Below are positions 16,264-25,677 of a DNA stretch of 64,000 nucleotides, in pieces. Positions within the stretch are counted from its first letter, which is position 1; the number at the start of each line of letters is the position of its first letter. This stretch comes from an uncultured Pseudomonadota bacterium (GTDB lineage: Bacteria; Babelota; Babeliae; Babelales; JAUPTZ01), in the NCBI GenBank assembly GCA_964429275.1, contig CAYSBJ010000003.1, positions 64,906 to 128,905 on the forward strand, read 5' to 3'. Made by a program: the position numbers and the translations under genes. The notes below the pieces were generated by a model. That model did no database searches and was not told the origin of the DNA. It saw only the letters and a list, made by a program, of their open reading frames with translations.

Positions 16264-19200
16264 TTATTCAGTTGGCTCTTCGTTTTCGTCATCTGCTTTG
16301 CCAGGAGCTTCACTTTTAAGCCTTTCTTCTTCCTGCTCTTTCTCTAGTCCGGCCTTTCTTAACAAATTCATCTTTTTTACTAACTCCTTGTCGAGATCAA
16401 GTTTTTTAGCAACCTTGATATTATCAGAGGTTACCCTTGGGAGTGTGGAGTGGGGCTTATCGTATTCAGCAATCAGGGCTCTTAAGTGATTATTGATTAT
16501 ATCTATCGCTCTCCGAGTCAGTCGATCTTCTATCTCAAGCATATCCGCAATACTCATAAGCGATGGGATAGTAGTAGTCCCTTTTATTTTATTCTCGATT
16601 CGTTCAATGCGCATCTCGTCCATTTTGCCTATTAGATCCTTATCCAGTCTATACTTTCTTGCCTTTTCAATATTATCGAAGAGTATGATCCCCTTGCGTT
16701 GGGAATCATTGATGACCGCTTGAAGGTGGCTATTGATCTTGGCCCGTATTGCGTCATCTATTGAATCATTCCATTCGGCCATCTTTCTAAAGAATTGTCC
16801 TACAGTAGTAGTCGCTTCCAGTTCACTTAACAAAATTAAGCGCTTCTTGCGAACAGCTATTCTTTTTTTATAATTATTTTTCTCATCGCCAGCATACTCT
16901 AGAAGTAGGGCTTCTTCTTCCTTGGTTAGATTATAATTCAAATTTTCGAGTAGCTCGTAAACTTTTCTCCACCAGGCGTCGCGAATTTGCATAGGAATGC
17001 GTTTCAAATCAGAACGATAGTCCATGGATCTCATTATATCGTTTGTTATATTGAAGAGCTCGGTAATTGTTGTTGCTCTTGCGATGTTCTGTTCCCGTAC
17101 TTGCTTGTTGTGCGCGGCTTGCGCGAGCTCCAGGGCTGATTTGTCGCCGAGGTGGCTTGTTGAGTTGTAGCGAGGGTTAGCATTGAGGTCGGTTAATTCT
17201 TCCTTTGTTGGTAGGTGACCGGCTTTTATTACTCTTGCCACATGTGTCCTAATTTCGGTGTCGTAGAGGGATGGGGCGAGTGCTAAAATGTCTGCAATGG
17301 TCTCCGCGCGGTCTACTTCTGCTGCTGCTTTTTGGCGCTTTTCGTTCGTAGTTCTGAACAGTTCTTGCGTTTTGGGATAGGCTTTCAGTTGTGCGATATG
17401 GTGTTCATCAACTGACCAGCCTGGGTGAACAGCAAGTTCCTTGTCCGCTAGCATACGTATGTCATCATCATTGCTTTGGAGCGCGAGGAGACCTTGAACC
17501 ATTTGGCTCGGGCTATAGACCTTGTGATCTTTGAATTTTTCCCGTATGCCGGCTATCTCATTCTTCCGCTGCAAAGCTATAAGTTCCTTCATCGCTTCTG
17601 AGTTGTCAGGTAACCCGTATGCTAGGGCGGCCCGTATATCTCCATCATTGACTGTCGTCGTTGGGTGTGTTTGGAGGCTGGTACAGATCAAGCTATCCAC
17701 TAGGGATGGATCAATAGTGAGTTTTTCTTGCGCAAATTCGTCTAGTTTTGTGTAGACACTATGAAGGTTGTGGTCGGGAGAGTGTGCAAGTGCAGAGGCT
17801 TCCTCTGATAGTTTGGTTGCGCGCAATGCCTTCATTCTTCTAATAAGATCCGTACTTAGTTTGTTTTCTTCTGCTTTTTTGATATTGCCTGCTTGCGGAG
17901 CTATTCCTTTCTCCATGAGGAAAGATACAACGGCTTCTTTGTTTTGTGTGCCACTATCTAGAGCCTGTTGGAGTGAGTAGGATTCTGTGTCTTCTTCGCA
18001 GAACAGTTTTATCAAGACCGTCATTCTCTTATTCTGCTGCAGGGCTACTTCGAACGGGGATTGCCCGTTGGTGGCGCGGTCACGGCGAATTTTTAAGCAA
18101 CTCAGAAGACGCTCGAGAACTCCTTCATAATGTCCGCTGCCCGTGAGCGCCTCAATCAAAAGGGTGTGTCCATTGTATTTTGCCAAGTTTGGATCTGTCA
18201 TGGCATCAAGCATTTTGGTGAAGCACTCTAAAAATAATGCTCCCTGAAGATTATTCGTGCGGGCCTGCTTTTCCAGCAGCTTTACTATAGGGAAGGCGCC
18301 GTTTTGCTGCTGATTGGCGGTCTCAGCGGTTATTAGTTCTTTTTGGGTAGCGAGACTGCAGTGCTCAATTGCGTAGAAAAGGGGGAGCATAGGCGCCGTC
18401 TCATTCTGGAATGTGAGCGGTTTGGTTATATCAGCACGTGCATCGACTAGCTTACGCACAAGCCACTCTCGATTGAAGTCTTTTGGGTCTCCCATTGACA
18501 GCGCTTTGGCTAATGGGGTACGTCCATGTTCATCCTGTAGATTCACGGTTTCTGCTGTGAGATGCTGCTCTATTGTCTCTCTTGAACCCCAAAGATCAAT
18601 TGCCTTCATGAGCTCATCAAAGCGTACCGTTGGGGTCTCTGGCTGGGGTTCGGTTTCTGCTACTGGGGAAGGGGAGAGAGGCTTATCTATTGGCCTGGGT
18701 GATGGTGCGGCCGGTGTAAGAATCCGCGCAGGGCTATGCCTTGGAGATGGCTTAGTTATGGGGTGGGTTTCTGATTCATCATTACTATCATAATCCAAGC
18801 TTGTGTCATTTTGGGGCGTTGGCGTGTGCTTTGGAGCGGTTGTTGCTGGGGTCTCCTCTTCTTCTATTGATTCTGGCGCTTGGCTCCCCGGGGAAGTAAC
18901 TATTGGTTCAATCTCTGAAGCTCTCTGGGGTGTCTGGTTGCTGATTGGTTGCTCGTCCAAGCTTGTGTTATTTTGAGATGTTGGCGTGTGCCTTGGAGAG
19001 GTTGTTGCTGGCGGGGTTGTGCCACGCAGTGTCGAGGTTGATTCATCGGCAGGGGCTTCTTGGATTTCAGCTTCTTGGCTCACCGGGGAAGTAGCTATTG
19101 GTTCAATCTCTGAAGCTCTCTGGGGTGTCGAGTGGCTGGTGGGTTGCTCAGCGTCCCCCTTGAGATGCAGGAGCCACGCAACCGCGGCACTACCAAATGC

Positions 19201-19464
19201 GGCGACAAGGACTTTCTTCCAGAGAGAGAAACGCTTTTGCAGTAGTAAATATGCCTCTTCCGTCTCAGAAGAAGGGTTGGCCAGGAAGGCCTTCTCGGCA
19301 GCTTGTTTTGCCCGATATAGGTGCAAGCATTTCGCGGCGACGCCCCCAAATGCTACGGTTGCCGTTCCGGGGATGAGCGGAGATTTTGCATGTGCCGTTG
19401 GTTGGAGTTGCAGGCACAGGCAGGCGAGCGTCAGGAACGTGTGTCGCAGAGATAATTTTATCAT
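16264..19464 (-). CDS. large ankyrin-repeat protein with an N-terminal signal/bilobed hydrophobic region, a tandem Pro/Thr/Ser-rich repeat and a helical repeated C-terminus
   Basis: Signal peptide 'MIKLSLRHTFLTLACLCLQLQPTAHA'. Two hydrophobic segments. A 162/192-bp tandem repeat at 18794-19150. ANK-like units ('DEHGRTPLAKALSMGD', 'NGHTLLIEALTGSGH'). Repeated helical modules end in 'K(A/V)(R/K)K..LDK(D/E)L..KM'. The start was moved to the ATG at 19464. Confidence 0.65.
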   Translation of the reverse strand: MIKLSLRHTFLTLACLCLQLQPTAHAKSPLIPGTATVAFGGVAAKCLHLYRAKQAAEKAFLANPSSETEEAYLLLQKRFSLWKKVLVAAFGSAAVAWLLHLKGDAEQPTSHSTPQRASEIEPIATSPVSQEAEIQEAPADESTSTLRGTTPPATTSPRHTPTSQNNTSLDEQPISNQTPQRASEIEPIVTSPGSQAPESIEEEETPATTAPKHTPTPQNDTSLDYDSNDESETHPITKPSPRHSPARILTPAAPSPRPIDKPLSPSPVAETEPQPETPTVRFDELMKAIDLWGSRETIEQHLTAETVNLQDEHGRTPLAKALSMGDPKDFNREWLVRKLVDARADITKPLTFQNETAPMLPLFYAIEHCSLATQKELITAETANQQQNGAFPIVKLLEKQARTNNLQGALFLECFTKMLDAMTDPNLAKYNGHTLLIEALTGSGHYEGVLERLLSCLKIRRDRATNGQSPFEVALQQNKRMTVLIKLFCEEDTESYSLQQALDSGTQNKEAVVSFLMEKGIAPQAGNIKKAEENKLSTDLIRRMKALRATKLSEEASALAHSPDHNLHSVYTKLDEFAQEKLTIDPSLVDSLICTSLQTHPTTTVNDGDIRAALAYGLPDNSEAMKELIALQRKNEIAGIREKFKDHKVYSPSQMVQGLLALQSNDDDIRMLADKELAVHPGWSVDEHHIAQLKAYPKTQELFRTTNEKRQKAAAEVDRAETIADILALAPSLYDTEIRTHVARVIKAGHLPTKEELTDLNANPRYNSTSHLGDKSALELAQAAHNKQVREQNIARATTITELFNITNDIMRSMDYRSDLKRIPMQIRDAWWRKVYELLENLNYNLTKEEEALLLEYAGDEKNNYKKRIAVRKKRLILLSELEATTTVGQFFRKMAEWNDSIDDAIRAKINSHLQAVINDSQRKGIILFDNIEKARKYRLDKDLIGKMDEMRIERIENKIKGTTTIPSLMSIADMLEIEDRLTRRAIDIINNHLRALIAEYDKPHSTLPRVTSDNIKVAKKLDLDKELVKKMNLLRKAGLEKEQEEERLKSEAPGKADDENEEPTE

Positions 19465-19549
19465 ATTAGTATTCCAATAAGGTTGTTGATTTTTCAAATT
19501 GTGCCTTTATTGTCGCATATTTCTGCTTAAAACGTCAATCGGTCTCCGC

Positions 19550-20923
19550 CTAGGCAGTCTTGTTCGTTTTGTACATCTTGTATGCGCCGTAGCCCATGCT
19601 GCCGACGCCGGCAGTTCCAACAATAGCGGCTGTCACCAAGCGTCCAAGTGCTATCTTCTGTGCGCGAGTTAGCGTTTTTACACGGGCTTTCGTCATGAAT
19701 GGAAGGAGAGAGAGGAGTATTTTTAATGGATTCTGGCCTGATCTGATTTCAGGGCTTAGGAGTGCCATACTAAGAAGTCCTCCAAGAGTACCCGCGGCTG
19801 CGTATTGTTTGCCGGTAAAGCCTTTTTCGTTTTCTGTTTGCGTTGGTGGTGTAGAGGCATCAGCCGTTTTCTCTGCAAGTGTGCCGGTAGCTGAGGCGTT
19901 TGCGATGAGTGCGTCAACATTGATTTGTCCATCATTGCTTGTGGTCGCCTTTGGTGAGGCTGCTGGGGCATTGCCAGTCGTTGCGTCAGGTTGGTTGGTG
20001 AGCGTTTCGGGTGCGGTTTCAATGTGCGGTGAGTTTAATCCGCTGTCGATAACGGCCAATTCTTCATTGTCGCTGTCAGCTTGAGAGGATATCGTTTGAT
20101 CCTCTGGAACTTCAGCAAATTGCTCAAGCTGCGCCTGAACTGCGTGCTTCAGCGCAGCGATTTCTTCTTTTTTTGGGGTGGAAGCAAGCCAGCTCATATC
20201 AAATTTAACCCCATCAATGTTGAGGGCATTAACATTTGCTGCAAATCTAGATTCTTTGCGAAAACTGGTCGATCGTTCGTATTCATCGATTTTTGCTTGA
20301 ATGGAACGAAGCTCTTGCTCGTTCAAGTTGGTTACGTTAATAGGGCTTTTGCTTGACGTACCAGCTTCAGTCTCGGTGCTATCTTGAGTGCTGTTCGTAT
20401 CCGATGCAAAATCGAGTCGGCGGGCGGTGCTGTCTTGCGACATAGTGTCAGTACCGTTATCTGTACTGAGGCCTTGTTCTTCGAGCTGTGTAGTAACAAT
20501 ATCGCGGAGTTCTTCGATTTCTTTGCGCGTTATTTTTTCGGATGGGTTGTAGCCAATGTCGAGATCCTTTACTGCTTTTGCAAAAGTAGACTCTTTACGG
20601 AAAGTGTACCAACGACCTTGGAAATAGGTATTAATTGCATCAAAAAGTGCTTGCAGATCAGTGTAGTTAAGAGTCTTAATGAAGCTTTTGAGATCGCCAA
20701 TTCCATGCGCGTCCATTGATCGTATAAATTGTGTGCTGCTTTTGGTTTTAGGGGTATTTTGTCGAATCTTGGGGGTTTGCTCTTGGCGAGTCGTGCTGCG
20801 CTGAGGAGTTTTTAGTCCGAACTGTTGCATTTCAATTCCGTTCGTCGCTCGGTCAGCTAGGTGTGCAGCTTCCAGTATGCTGCAGATGCTTGCTAATATT
20901 CCCACCATCACGATCTTTTTCAT
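19550..20923 (-). CDS. secreted protein with an internally duplicated domain and the bilobed hydrophobic module at its C-terminus
   Basis: Signal peptide 'MKKIVMVGILASICSILEAAHLA'. It has two 'FRKES.FA..V..L.I' domains. The C-terminal 'KQYAAAGTLGGLLSMALL...KARVKTLTRAQKIALGRLVTAAIVGTAGVGSMGYGAYKMY' aligns with the N-terminal module of the 25678, 29005, 55619 and 58021 proteins. Confidence 0.6.
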   Translation of the reverse strand: MKKIVMVGILASICSILEAAHLADRATNGIEMQQFGLKTPQRSTTRQEQTPKIRQNTPKTKSSTQFIRSMDAHGIGDLKSFIKTLNYTDLQALFDAINTYFQGRWYTFRKESTFAKAVKDLDIGYNPSEKITRKEIEELRDIVTTQLEEQGLSTDNGTDTMSQDSTARRLDFASDTNSTQDSTETEAGTSSKSPINVTNLNEQELRSIQAKIDEYERSTSFRKESRFAANVNALNIDGVKFDMSWLASTPKKEEIAALKHAVQAQLEQFAEVPEDQTISSQADSDNEELAVIDSGLNSPHIETAPETLTNQPDATTGNAPAASPKATTSNDGQINVDALIANASATGTLAEKTADASTPPTQTENEKGFTGKQYAAAGTLGGLLSMALLSPEIRSGQNPLKILLSLLPFMTKARVKTLTRAQKIALGRLVTAAIVGTAGVGSMGYGAYKMYKTNKTA

Positions 20924-21191
20924 AAATCCCCCGTTGTGTCGTATTTTTTTACTGCCCCTGTCTTAGGCTTGTTCGCTGCCTTCAGATGTTTTTGAGCTTT
21001 CCTGATTCTAGCAAGTTGGGGCCACCGATTTGCATGGTTTAGCCGAAAGAAGGGCAAAACCCCTGGTGGGATCCGCCCTTTACAATCTGGCGCTTTTCGG
21101 CAATACTAGCCAACATGCTGTGCTCGCGCGTTACGGCACACTACATCTTGATATATCAAAACATTACTAAATCTAACGAAAGTCGGCTCCT

Positions 21192-21404
21192 ATGAAAAAG
21201 AACCTTCATCCAACCGTTAATAACATTACTGCGGCTTGTGCCTGTGGCCAATCCTACCAAATAGCAACAATTCTTACAGAAGCAAGCTTTGACATCTGCT
21301 CAAACTGCCACCCGTTCTTTACCGGACAACAAAAATTTATTGACCGCGCTGGCCGTATTGAAAAGTTCCAACGTCGTTTTGATAACAAAACCGCTACTAA
21401 GTAA
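21192..21404 (+). CDS. rpmE: 50S ribosomal protein L31
   Basis: 'MKKNLHP', the Zn-ribbon pair C..C / '[10 protein letters not shown]', and 'RIEKFQRRF'. Confidence 0.95.
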   Translation: MKKNLHPTVNNITAACACGQSYQIATILTEASFDICSNCHPFFTGQQKFIDRAGRIEKFQRRFDNKTATK

Positions 21405-21412
21405 TTATTTCC

Positions 21413-22465
21413 ATGACCATATTTGACCAGTTTCGCGACGAATCTGCGCAGCTTTTGGCCGAACTTGAAAATCCTGCCATCGAAAATGCTCGCCGCATCG
21501 AGGTTCAGAAGCGTCTTGCGCATCTGAATGATGTTCTTGATGTTTACGGCCGACTTGAACAGCTTAAAAAAGAGCTGGGCCAGGCCCGGGAGCAACAGGC
21601 AGTTGAAGCTGATCCTGACCTCAAAGCTATGTTTGAGGAAGAGATTGCCGTACTGGAGCCAAAGATTCTGCCGCTTGAAAACGAGCTTGATGATTTGCTT
21701 TATCCATCGGATGAGCATGATCAACGTTCTGTTTTTCTTGAAATTCGTGCTGGAGCAGGGGGGCAAGAGGCCGCACTTTTTGTGGGTGACCTCTACACCG
21801 CCTATCAGTTGTATGCGGCTGCACGTGGATGGCAGCTGACGGTTGAAGATGTCAGCGAGACTGATCTTGGCGGATATAAAGAACTTGTCCTTTTTATAAA
21901 AGGCAAAGACGTATACAAGCATTTAAAGTTTGAATCTGGGGTTCATCGGGTTCAGCGTGTGCCGGCAACGGAAACACAAGGTCGAGTTCATACGTCAACG
22001 ATTACGGTTGCTGTGTTGCCGGAAGCGGATGAAGTGGACGTGGCACTGAACATGAACGAAGTTCGTATTGACACCTACCGCTCTGGTGGCGCTGGGGGGC
22101 AGCACGTAAACAAAACCGACTCAGCGGTGCGTATGACGCACTTGCCGACTGGTATCGTGGTGCAATGCCAAGATGAACGGTCTCAGATCAAGAATCGTGC
22201 TAAAGCAATTAAGATGTTGATGGCCCGTTTGATGGACAAAAACAAATCTGAACAAGCGGCAAAAGAAGCGGCAAATCGCAAGCAACAAGTTGGCGGTGGA
22301 GAGCGCTCTGAGAAGATTCGTACCTACAATTATCCACAAAATCGCGTAACTGATCATCGCATTGGACTTACATTAAAAAAGCTTGATTATGTGATGCAAG
22401 GACAGATGCATGAAATTATTGATGCATTAGTGGACGAGGCTCGCCGAGCACGTAAGGCACAATAA
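21413..22465 (+). CDS. prfA: peptide chain release factor 1
   Basis: GGQ motif '[24 protein letters not shown]' and the RF1-type tripeptide 'PATE' (PxT). It follows rpmE. Confidence 0.95.
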   Translation: MTIFDQFRDESAQLLAELENPAIENARRIEVQKRLAHLNDVLDVYGRLEQLKKELGQAREQQAVEADPDLKAMFEEEIAVLEPKILPLENELDDLLYPSDEHDQRSVFLEIRAGAGGQEAALFVGDLYTAYQLYAAARGWQLTVEDVSETDLGGYKELVLFIKGKDVYKHLKFESGVHRVQRVPATETQGRVHTSTITVAVLPEADEVDVALNMNEVRIDTYRSGGAGGQHVNKTDSAVRMTHLPTGIVVQCQDERSQIKNRAKAIKMLMARLMDKNKSEQAAKEAANRKQQVGGGERSEKIRTYNYPQNRVTDHRIGLTLKKLDYVMQGQMHEIIDALVDEARRARKAQ

Positions 22466-22486
22466 CATCTTTTTAAGGAGCTCTTT

Positions 22487-23935
22487 ATGATGAAGTGGCG
22501 TTCATGGCTTGTGGTTATGGTGCTGGGGGTCCAGCTCGGTGCCTTTGCAGCGACTGAGAATCCGCATAAAGAGAGTTGCGATCCTCCTGCCGATTATAAG
22601 ATTGGTTTTTTTTCTCACTATAAAGGCCCGATAGTTGCGACTGCTGTTTCTGTATTAGTCGCCACCGTTTTTTTTGTGGCAAATCGTATTGCTATCATGC
22701 AAGAGCGAGCTGCGCGTGAAAAGGCTTTTGCGGCGCTTCGCGGCCAGTATGCTGATACGATAGCCGTCACCCTTTCTTTGCAAGCGCGCTTTGATGCGTT
22801 GCCAATTAACGATTTTATGCGCCAGGCTGATGCCAAGATCGCACAAATGCAACAAATGCTCGCGGCGGATGTGGTTCAGTACCAGGCCTCTCTTGCGCAG
22901 ATGCGGATGGAGTTGCAGTATGAAGTGGACCGCTTGAATAAGGAGCTTTCCGACCGTCATGCATATTTAGAAAATGTGCGTGTTTTGCTCGAAAGTATTC
23001 GCGATAACAATAATCTTACCTTCCTTAGTACATTGATCGATTTAAAGATGGAAGTGGAGATGGCGCTTGCTCGGCTTGCTCAAGATAAGATGGCACTGTC
23101 TGGTCATCTGACCGAACTTACAGCCCGCACCCATGATTTGCATGCGCACATGACACGCAATCATGCTGCGATTAGTCAGATGGATGATGAGGTTGAAAGT
23201 CTTAAGAAACAGGCAGCTGTTCACCGTGAGCAAGCGGATGCGAACCAGCGGTATATGCGGCGTGTTGTTGAAGAAATTGCTGCGGCAAAGCACGGCGTAT
23301 TGGCTTCGCAACAAGAATTTAATGCGTTGAATCTCGACTTAAAAGATAAGTTGCACTCTATGGAGGAGCTTGCGCGAGAAGGCAGAGAGCAGAAAAATAG
23401 TGTGGAAGCACAGATTGATCAGGCGCGGAGGATCTTGGCTGAGGTTCGCCATCGAGTGGTACAGTTGGATGCCATTGCGGGACAAGAAGAGCGACGCGTG
23501 CAAGAGTTGGTGCAAAAAGTAGATCAAGCTCATGCAATAGTTGATTCTGCGGTACGCGATTCTTCTTTAGTTGTACCAAAAGATGCGTCCTCAAGCGGTT
23601 ATCGTTCAAGCGCTGATCGCACTACGAATCGGCAGGACGCCAGCTCGGTAGCACGAGCGGTTTCCGTATTGCGCGAGATGTTGACTCCGTTTAGCATGGA
23701 TGCCCTAACTTCAGCTGCTGTGTACCGGAAGGCATATTTGCGATTTTGTATGAGGAATCATCCCGATAAGGGAGGTGATCAGCAATTTTTTCAAGCAGTG
23801 GATGGGCTGTATAAGATAGTTTTAGACCATAACTTGTTTGACGCGCCCGCTATTTTTATTTCTGGCCACGTAGAGACATTGCTCAAGCAGTATGCTGGTC
23901 AGTGTGTGCAGTATAAAGGTCGGATGAAGAAATAA
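22487..23935 (+). CDS. membrane-anchored coiled-coil protein with a C-terminal J domain
   Basis: Signal-like N-terminus, a TM 'IVATAVSVLVATVFFVANRIAIM', ~300 aa with heptad-like Q/E/A/L-rich sequence, and a C-terminal 'YRKAYLRFCMRNHPDKGGDQQFFQAVDGLYKIV' (HPD tripeptide). Confidence 0.7.
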   Translation: MMKWRSWLVVMVLGVQLGAFAATENPHKESCDPPADYKIGFFSHYKGPIVATAVSVLVATVFFVANRIAIMQERAAREKAFAALRGQYADTIAVTLSLQARFDALPINDFMRQADAKIAQMQQMLAADVVQYQASLAQMRMELQYEVDRLNKELSDRHAYLENVRVLLESIRDNNNLTFLSTLIDLKMEVEMALARLAQDKMALSGHLTELTARTHDLHAHMTRNHAAISQMDDEVESLKKQAAVHREQADANQRYMRRVVEEIAAAKHGVLASQQEFNALNLDLKDKLHSMEELAREGREQKNSVEAQIDQARRILAEVRHRVVQLDAIAGQEERRVQELVQKVDQAHAIVDSAVRDSSLVVPKDASSSGYRSSADRTTNRQDASSVARAVSVLREMLTPFSMDALTSAAVYRKAYLRFCMRNHPDKGGDQQFFQAVDGLYKIVLDHNLFDAPAIFISGHVETLLKQYAGQCVQYKGRMKK

Positions 23936-23969
23936 TTTTACTTCACTTTCATGTAAAAAAAGATACGCT

Positions 23970-24006
23970 ATGGCCCCTTTGTATAATCAGCAATGGGGCC
24001 ATTTTA
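23970..24006 (+). terminator. hairpin downstream of the J-domain gene
   Basis: An 8-bp stem atggcccc/ggggccat with a 17-nt loop, followed by ttt. The T-run is weak. Confidence 0.4.
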
Positions 24007-24042
24007 GTATATGCATTTTTTACGGCGGGGTAAGGGCCTGCC

Positions 24043-24133
24043 GTCATTGCGAGGAGTAGGGAGCGACGGCGGAACAATCCATGCACAATCAAAGTCTGGA
24101 TTGCTTTCAACGATGACTCGTTGTCGCAATCAC
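24043..24133. mobile_element. palindromic MITE-like element, copy B (degenerate)
   Basis: gtcattgcgaggagtagggagcgacggcggaacaatccatg ... ctggattgctttcaacgatgactcgttgtcgcaatcac. Confidence 0.7.
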
Positions 24134-24204
24134 GAGCGTTTAGCGCTCGTTTTAGTGAAATATACTGTTATTAGGGTCCTCAAAGCACATAATTTGGAGT
24201 TGAT

Positions 24205-25437
24205 ATGAATATCGTAGATATGCTGCCTACTGGCCGGTTTGTAGGATTACTTGGTATAGGCCTAGTGTTGTTGGTGGCGTATGCCTTTTCAAGACACCGT
24301 CAGCGAATTGCGTTTGATGTGGTAGCAAAAGGGCTAGGGCTTCAGGCAGTGTTGGCCTATTTTATTTTGTGTACCACTGCTGGCAGCTCGATTTTCGCTG
24401 GTCTTGCAAATGGATTTCAAAAAATATACCAATTTGCTGACCAAGGGGCGGCATTCGTTTTTGGCGGTCTGAGTAATCCTGCTGGGCCATGGGGATTCAT
24501 TTTTGGCGTAAAAGTATTGGCGATGATTATTTTCATCGGCGCTTTGATGTCATTGCTTTTCCATCTTGGTGTCGTGCAAAAAGTGGTTAAAGTCCTTGCG
24601 TTAGTGGTTCGTCCTTTGCTTGGCACAACCGGTCCCGAAACGTTGTGCGCTGCTGCAAACAGTATGATGGGGCAAACAGAAGCGCCATTGCTTATCAAGA
24701 ATTACCTCAAAGACATGACCGAATCTGAAATTCTGGTGGTTATGGTCAGTGGTATGGCTACCTTGAGCGGTGCTATTTTGGCGGTGTACGGTGGCCTTGG
24801 GGTGCCGATGCACCATTTGTTGGCCTCAAGTATCATGGCGATTCCTGGTTCTATCTTGATTGCTAAAATCTTGTTGCCCGAAACAGAAAAAGGGATGTCG
24901 GATGCAGATTTGGCTGATATGCGCCCCGAAACCAAAAACGTGCTTGATGCTATTTCGGCCGGTACGGTTGATGGCATGTCACTGGCGGCAAACGTTGCTG
25001 CAATGTTGATTTCATTTATCAGTATTATTGCTCTGATTAATTACATCCTCGGCGCAGTTACTGGCATGTTTTTTGAGTCACCACTGACTTTGAGTATCAT
25101 TTTCGGTAAGGTTTTTGCCGTGGTTGCGTACGCTATCGGGATTCCAGGCGCTGAAATTGAAGCAGCTGGTGCATTGCTTGGAACGAAATTGGTTGTAAAC
25201 GAATTTGTGGCCTACATCGATATGGTAAAGTCTATGCTCTCAGCGCGCTCGCAAGTAATTATGACCTATGCATTGTGTGGCTTTTCAAATTTCTCCTGCA
25301 TCGGTATCCAAATTGGCGGTATTGGCGCCTTGGTGCCTTCAAAGCGCGAATTGCTTAGCCGTCTTGGTATGCTCGCATTGCTTGGTGGTACATTGACCAA
25401 CTTGCTCTGCGCTGCAATCGCTGGGTTGTTTGTATAA
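24205..25437 (+). CDS. nupC: NupC/CNT-family concentrative nucleoside transporter
   Basis: 410-aa polytopic protein with the family motifs 'NSMMGQTEAPLLIKNYL', 'GMATLSGAILAVY' and 'CGFSNFSCIGIQIGGIG'. Confidence 0.85.
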   Translation: MNIVDMLPTGRFVGLLGIGLVLLVAYAFSRHRQRIAFDVVAKGLGLQAVLAYFILCTTAGSSIFAGLANGFQKIYQFADQGAAFVFGGLSNPAGPWGFIFGVKVLAMIIFIGALMSLLFHLGVVQKVVKVLALVVRPLLGTTGPETLCAAANSMMGQTEAPLLIKNYLKDMTESEILVVMVSGMATLSGAILAVYGGLGVPMHHLLASSIMAIPGSILIAKILLPETEKGMSDADLADMRPETKNVLDAISAGTVDGMSLAANVAAMLISFISIIALINYILGAVTGMFFESPLTLSIIFGKVFAVVAYAIGIPGAEIEAAGALLGTKLVVNEFVAYIDMVKSMLSARSQVIMTYALCGFSNFSCIGIQIGGIGALVPSKRELLSRLGMLALLGGTLTNLLCAAIAGLFV

Positions 25438-25457
25438 TCTCTTTTTACAGAATAAGA

Positions 25458-25498
25458 AGAGGCGTCAACTTGTAAAAGGGTTGGCGCCTCTTTTGTAT
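25458..25498 (+). terminator. rho-independent terminator after nupC
   Basis: agaggcg(t)caac ... gttggcgcctct hairpin followed by tttgtatttt. Confidence 0.6.
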
Positions 25499-25677
25499 TT
25501 TGCTTAGACAAAAGGTATTTGTGGTGTAATAGCTAAAGTGTTTACGGGTCATGCTGAATAGTTTAATCTAGAGATGTTATAGTCAAATGAGTTCAGAATG
25601 AGTAGGCCGAGGATGATCAGTCTTGCGGGTCTTGGAAGCCAATCTTTGGAACCGCTTAGTTTTAGTAAGGAAATTGT

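Noticed and set aside
18794-19150. Tandem repeats (18794-19150, 57148-57445, 49955-50056) as possible CRISPR arrays or DGR template/variable repeats.
   Set aside because: The units are contiguous with no unique spacers, lie in frame inside coding sequences, and encode repeated peptide units. There are no cas or reverse-transcriptase genes in the window.
21000-21190. A possible SRP/4.5S RNA or ribosomal-protein leader upstream of rpmE.
   Set aside because: There are some complementary stretches, but no GGAA tetraloop or the conserved domain IV motifs. I could not support any structure.
24011-24208. ORFs 24011..24208 and 42217..42414 as real small proteins.
   Set aside because: Both are generated by reading through the palindromic elements, giving translations such as 'LPSLRGVGSDGG' and 'LCRYTPRNDG'. 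The second overlaps the metG start region.
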